Of a stretch of DNA of 64,000 nt, positions 63,078 to 64,000 are shown in pieces. Each line of letters opens with the position of its first letter. The first letter of the stretch is position 1. Origin of the DNA: Dehalococcoidia bacterium (GTDB lineage: Bacteria; Chloroflexota; Dehalococcoidia; Lucifugimonadales; UBA3495); the NCBI GenBank assembly GCA_030740155.1, contig JASLXV010000080.1:1-64000 (forward strand), given 5' to 3'. The position numbers and the translations under genes were made by a program. A model generated the notes under the pieces. It ran no database searches. It had not been told where the DNA came from and was given only the letters and a program-made list of their open reading frames with translations.

Positions 63078-63269
63078 CGCTGGGACCCCAGTGTCCCCGC
63101 CCCACCTTTTTAGCCACGAGGGACTGTCGATGTTTCATCGACACCTTCGTTGAATCAACATAACGCGGCTTTCCGCCGTGTCCTTGGCCCCAGCATGATC
63201 ACGGGGACCCGCGGACGCCATCGGCAACCTGGCGCTTGGGATACTCAAGAAGCTCCCACATCGAGCCGG

Positions 63270-64000
63270 CTATCCCCGTAGCACTCCGTGGCGCTCCAGG
63301 ATGCGGGCCAGTTCGGCCACGCCGTCGGAGATCGTCTGGGCCGAGGGGTGGCCGAAGCACAGCCGGATGCAGTTGGCCCCCCGGCCTTCCGGCGAGAATT
63401 GGCTACCGTTGTAGTAGCTGACCCCTTCGTTGAAAACCTGCTCCTGGATCGCGGCCAGGTCGGCGCCCTCGGGGAACTCCACCCATATGTACAGCCCGCC
63501 CTCGGGTTTGCTCCAGGTGGCGGCGCTGCCAAAATTCTCGCCCAGGGAGGCCAGCATCGCGTCCCGTTTCACCCTTAGCGACCGGTTCTGCTCGTCGATG
63601 TGCTGGTACATGTCGTGCTTAAGGTACTCCTCCAGGGCCAGCGCCGCAAACTCGTTGACCCCCCCGCCGGCTTTGAAGCCGATGGCCCGTTGCACCACCG
63701 CCTCGGGGGCGACCAGGTAGCCCATCCGCATGCCCGGCGCGACCAGCTTGGAAAAGGAGCCGACGTACATCACCCGGCCCGTCTCGTCCAGCGAGTGGAA
63801 TGAGGTCACGTCCTCCCCTTCGAAGCGCAGGTCCACGTAGCAATCGTCCTCGAAAATCGGGACCCCGTATTCCCTGGTGATGTCCAGAATCCGGTGTCGC
63901 CGTTCCAGGGGCAGAGTCCAGCCCAAGGGGTTCTGGAAAGCGGGTATGGTGTAGAGGTACTTGGGTTTCTTGCCCTCACCCGAAAGCCGCTTCAGGGTCG
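63270..64000 (-). CDS. PLP-dependent aminotransferase class I/II (LysN/MocR-like), 5' end outside the window
   Basis: YTIPAFQNP, FEDDCY, GSFSKLVAPGMRMG, PEGGLYIW. Confidence 0.93.
   Translation of the reverse strand, partial: TLKRLSGEGKKPKYLYTIPAFQNPLGWTLPLERRHRILDITREYGVPIFEDDCYVDLRFEGEDVTSFHSLDETGRVMYVGSFSKLVAPGMRMGYLVAPEAVVQRAIGFKAGGGVNEFAALALEEYLKHDMYQHIDEQNRSLRVKRDAMLASLGENFGSAATWSKPEGGLYIWVEFPEGADLAAIQEQVFNEGVSYYNGSQFSPEGRGANCIRLCFGHPSAQTISDGVAELARILERHGVLRG

Overview
High-GC (roughly 60-65% by eye) bacterial chromosome segment, most likely Chloroflexota/Dehalococcoidia (SAR202-like). This is inferred from lineage-type insertions in RpoB/RpoC and from the many LLM monooxygenase, CoA-transferase, xanthine-dehydrogenase-like, HpcH and MFS genes. 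Core content: rpoB-rpoC-pyrD, secA, two DAHP synthases of different subtypes, trpA-aroH, a K+-dependent membrane pyrophosphatase, otsA, and a csoR-copA-YHS copper locus. The first ~4 kb is the end of a lower-GC integrated element that cuts comF at its conserved LKY motif. It carries an IS3 remnant and unknown or HTH genes. The most interesting non-annotated signals are: (1) a complete ribosome-dependent attenuator with an apparently leaderless Phe/Tyr/Trp-rich leader peptide before the type I-alpha DAHP synthase; (2) a DUF6788-like zinc-ribbon gene with four clustered copies of a GTAGTGCAA motif, two forming an inverted pair upstream and two inside the gene; (3) a short basic uORF ending in ...PAGP-stop inside a hairpin just before secA; (4) at least seven families of short palindromic repeats in intergenic gaps. 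There are also several damaged genes. No rRNA, tRNA or CRISPR array was seen. All calls come from reading the sequence; no database searches were run.
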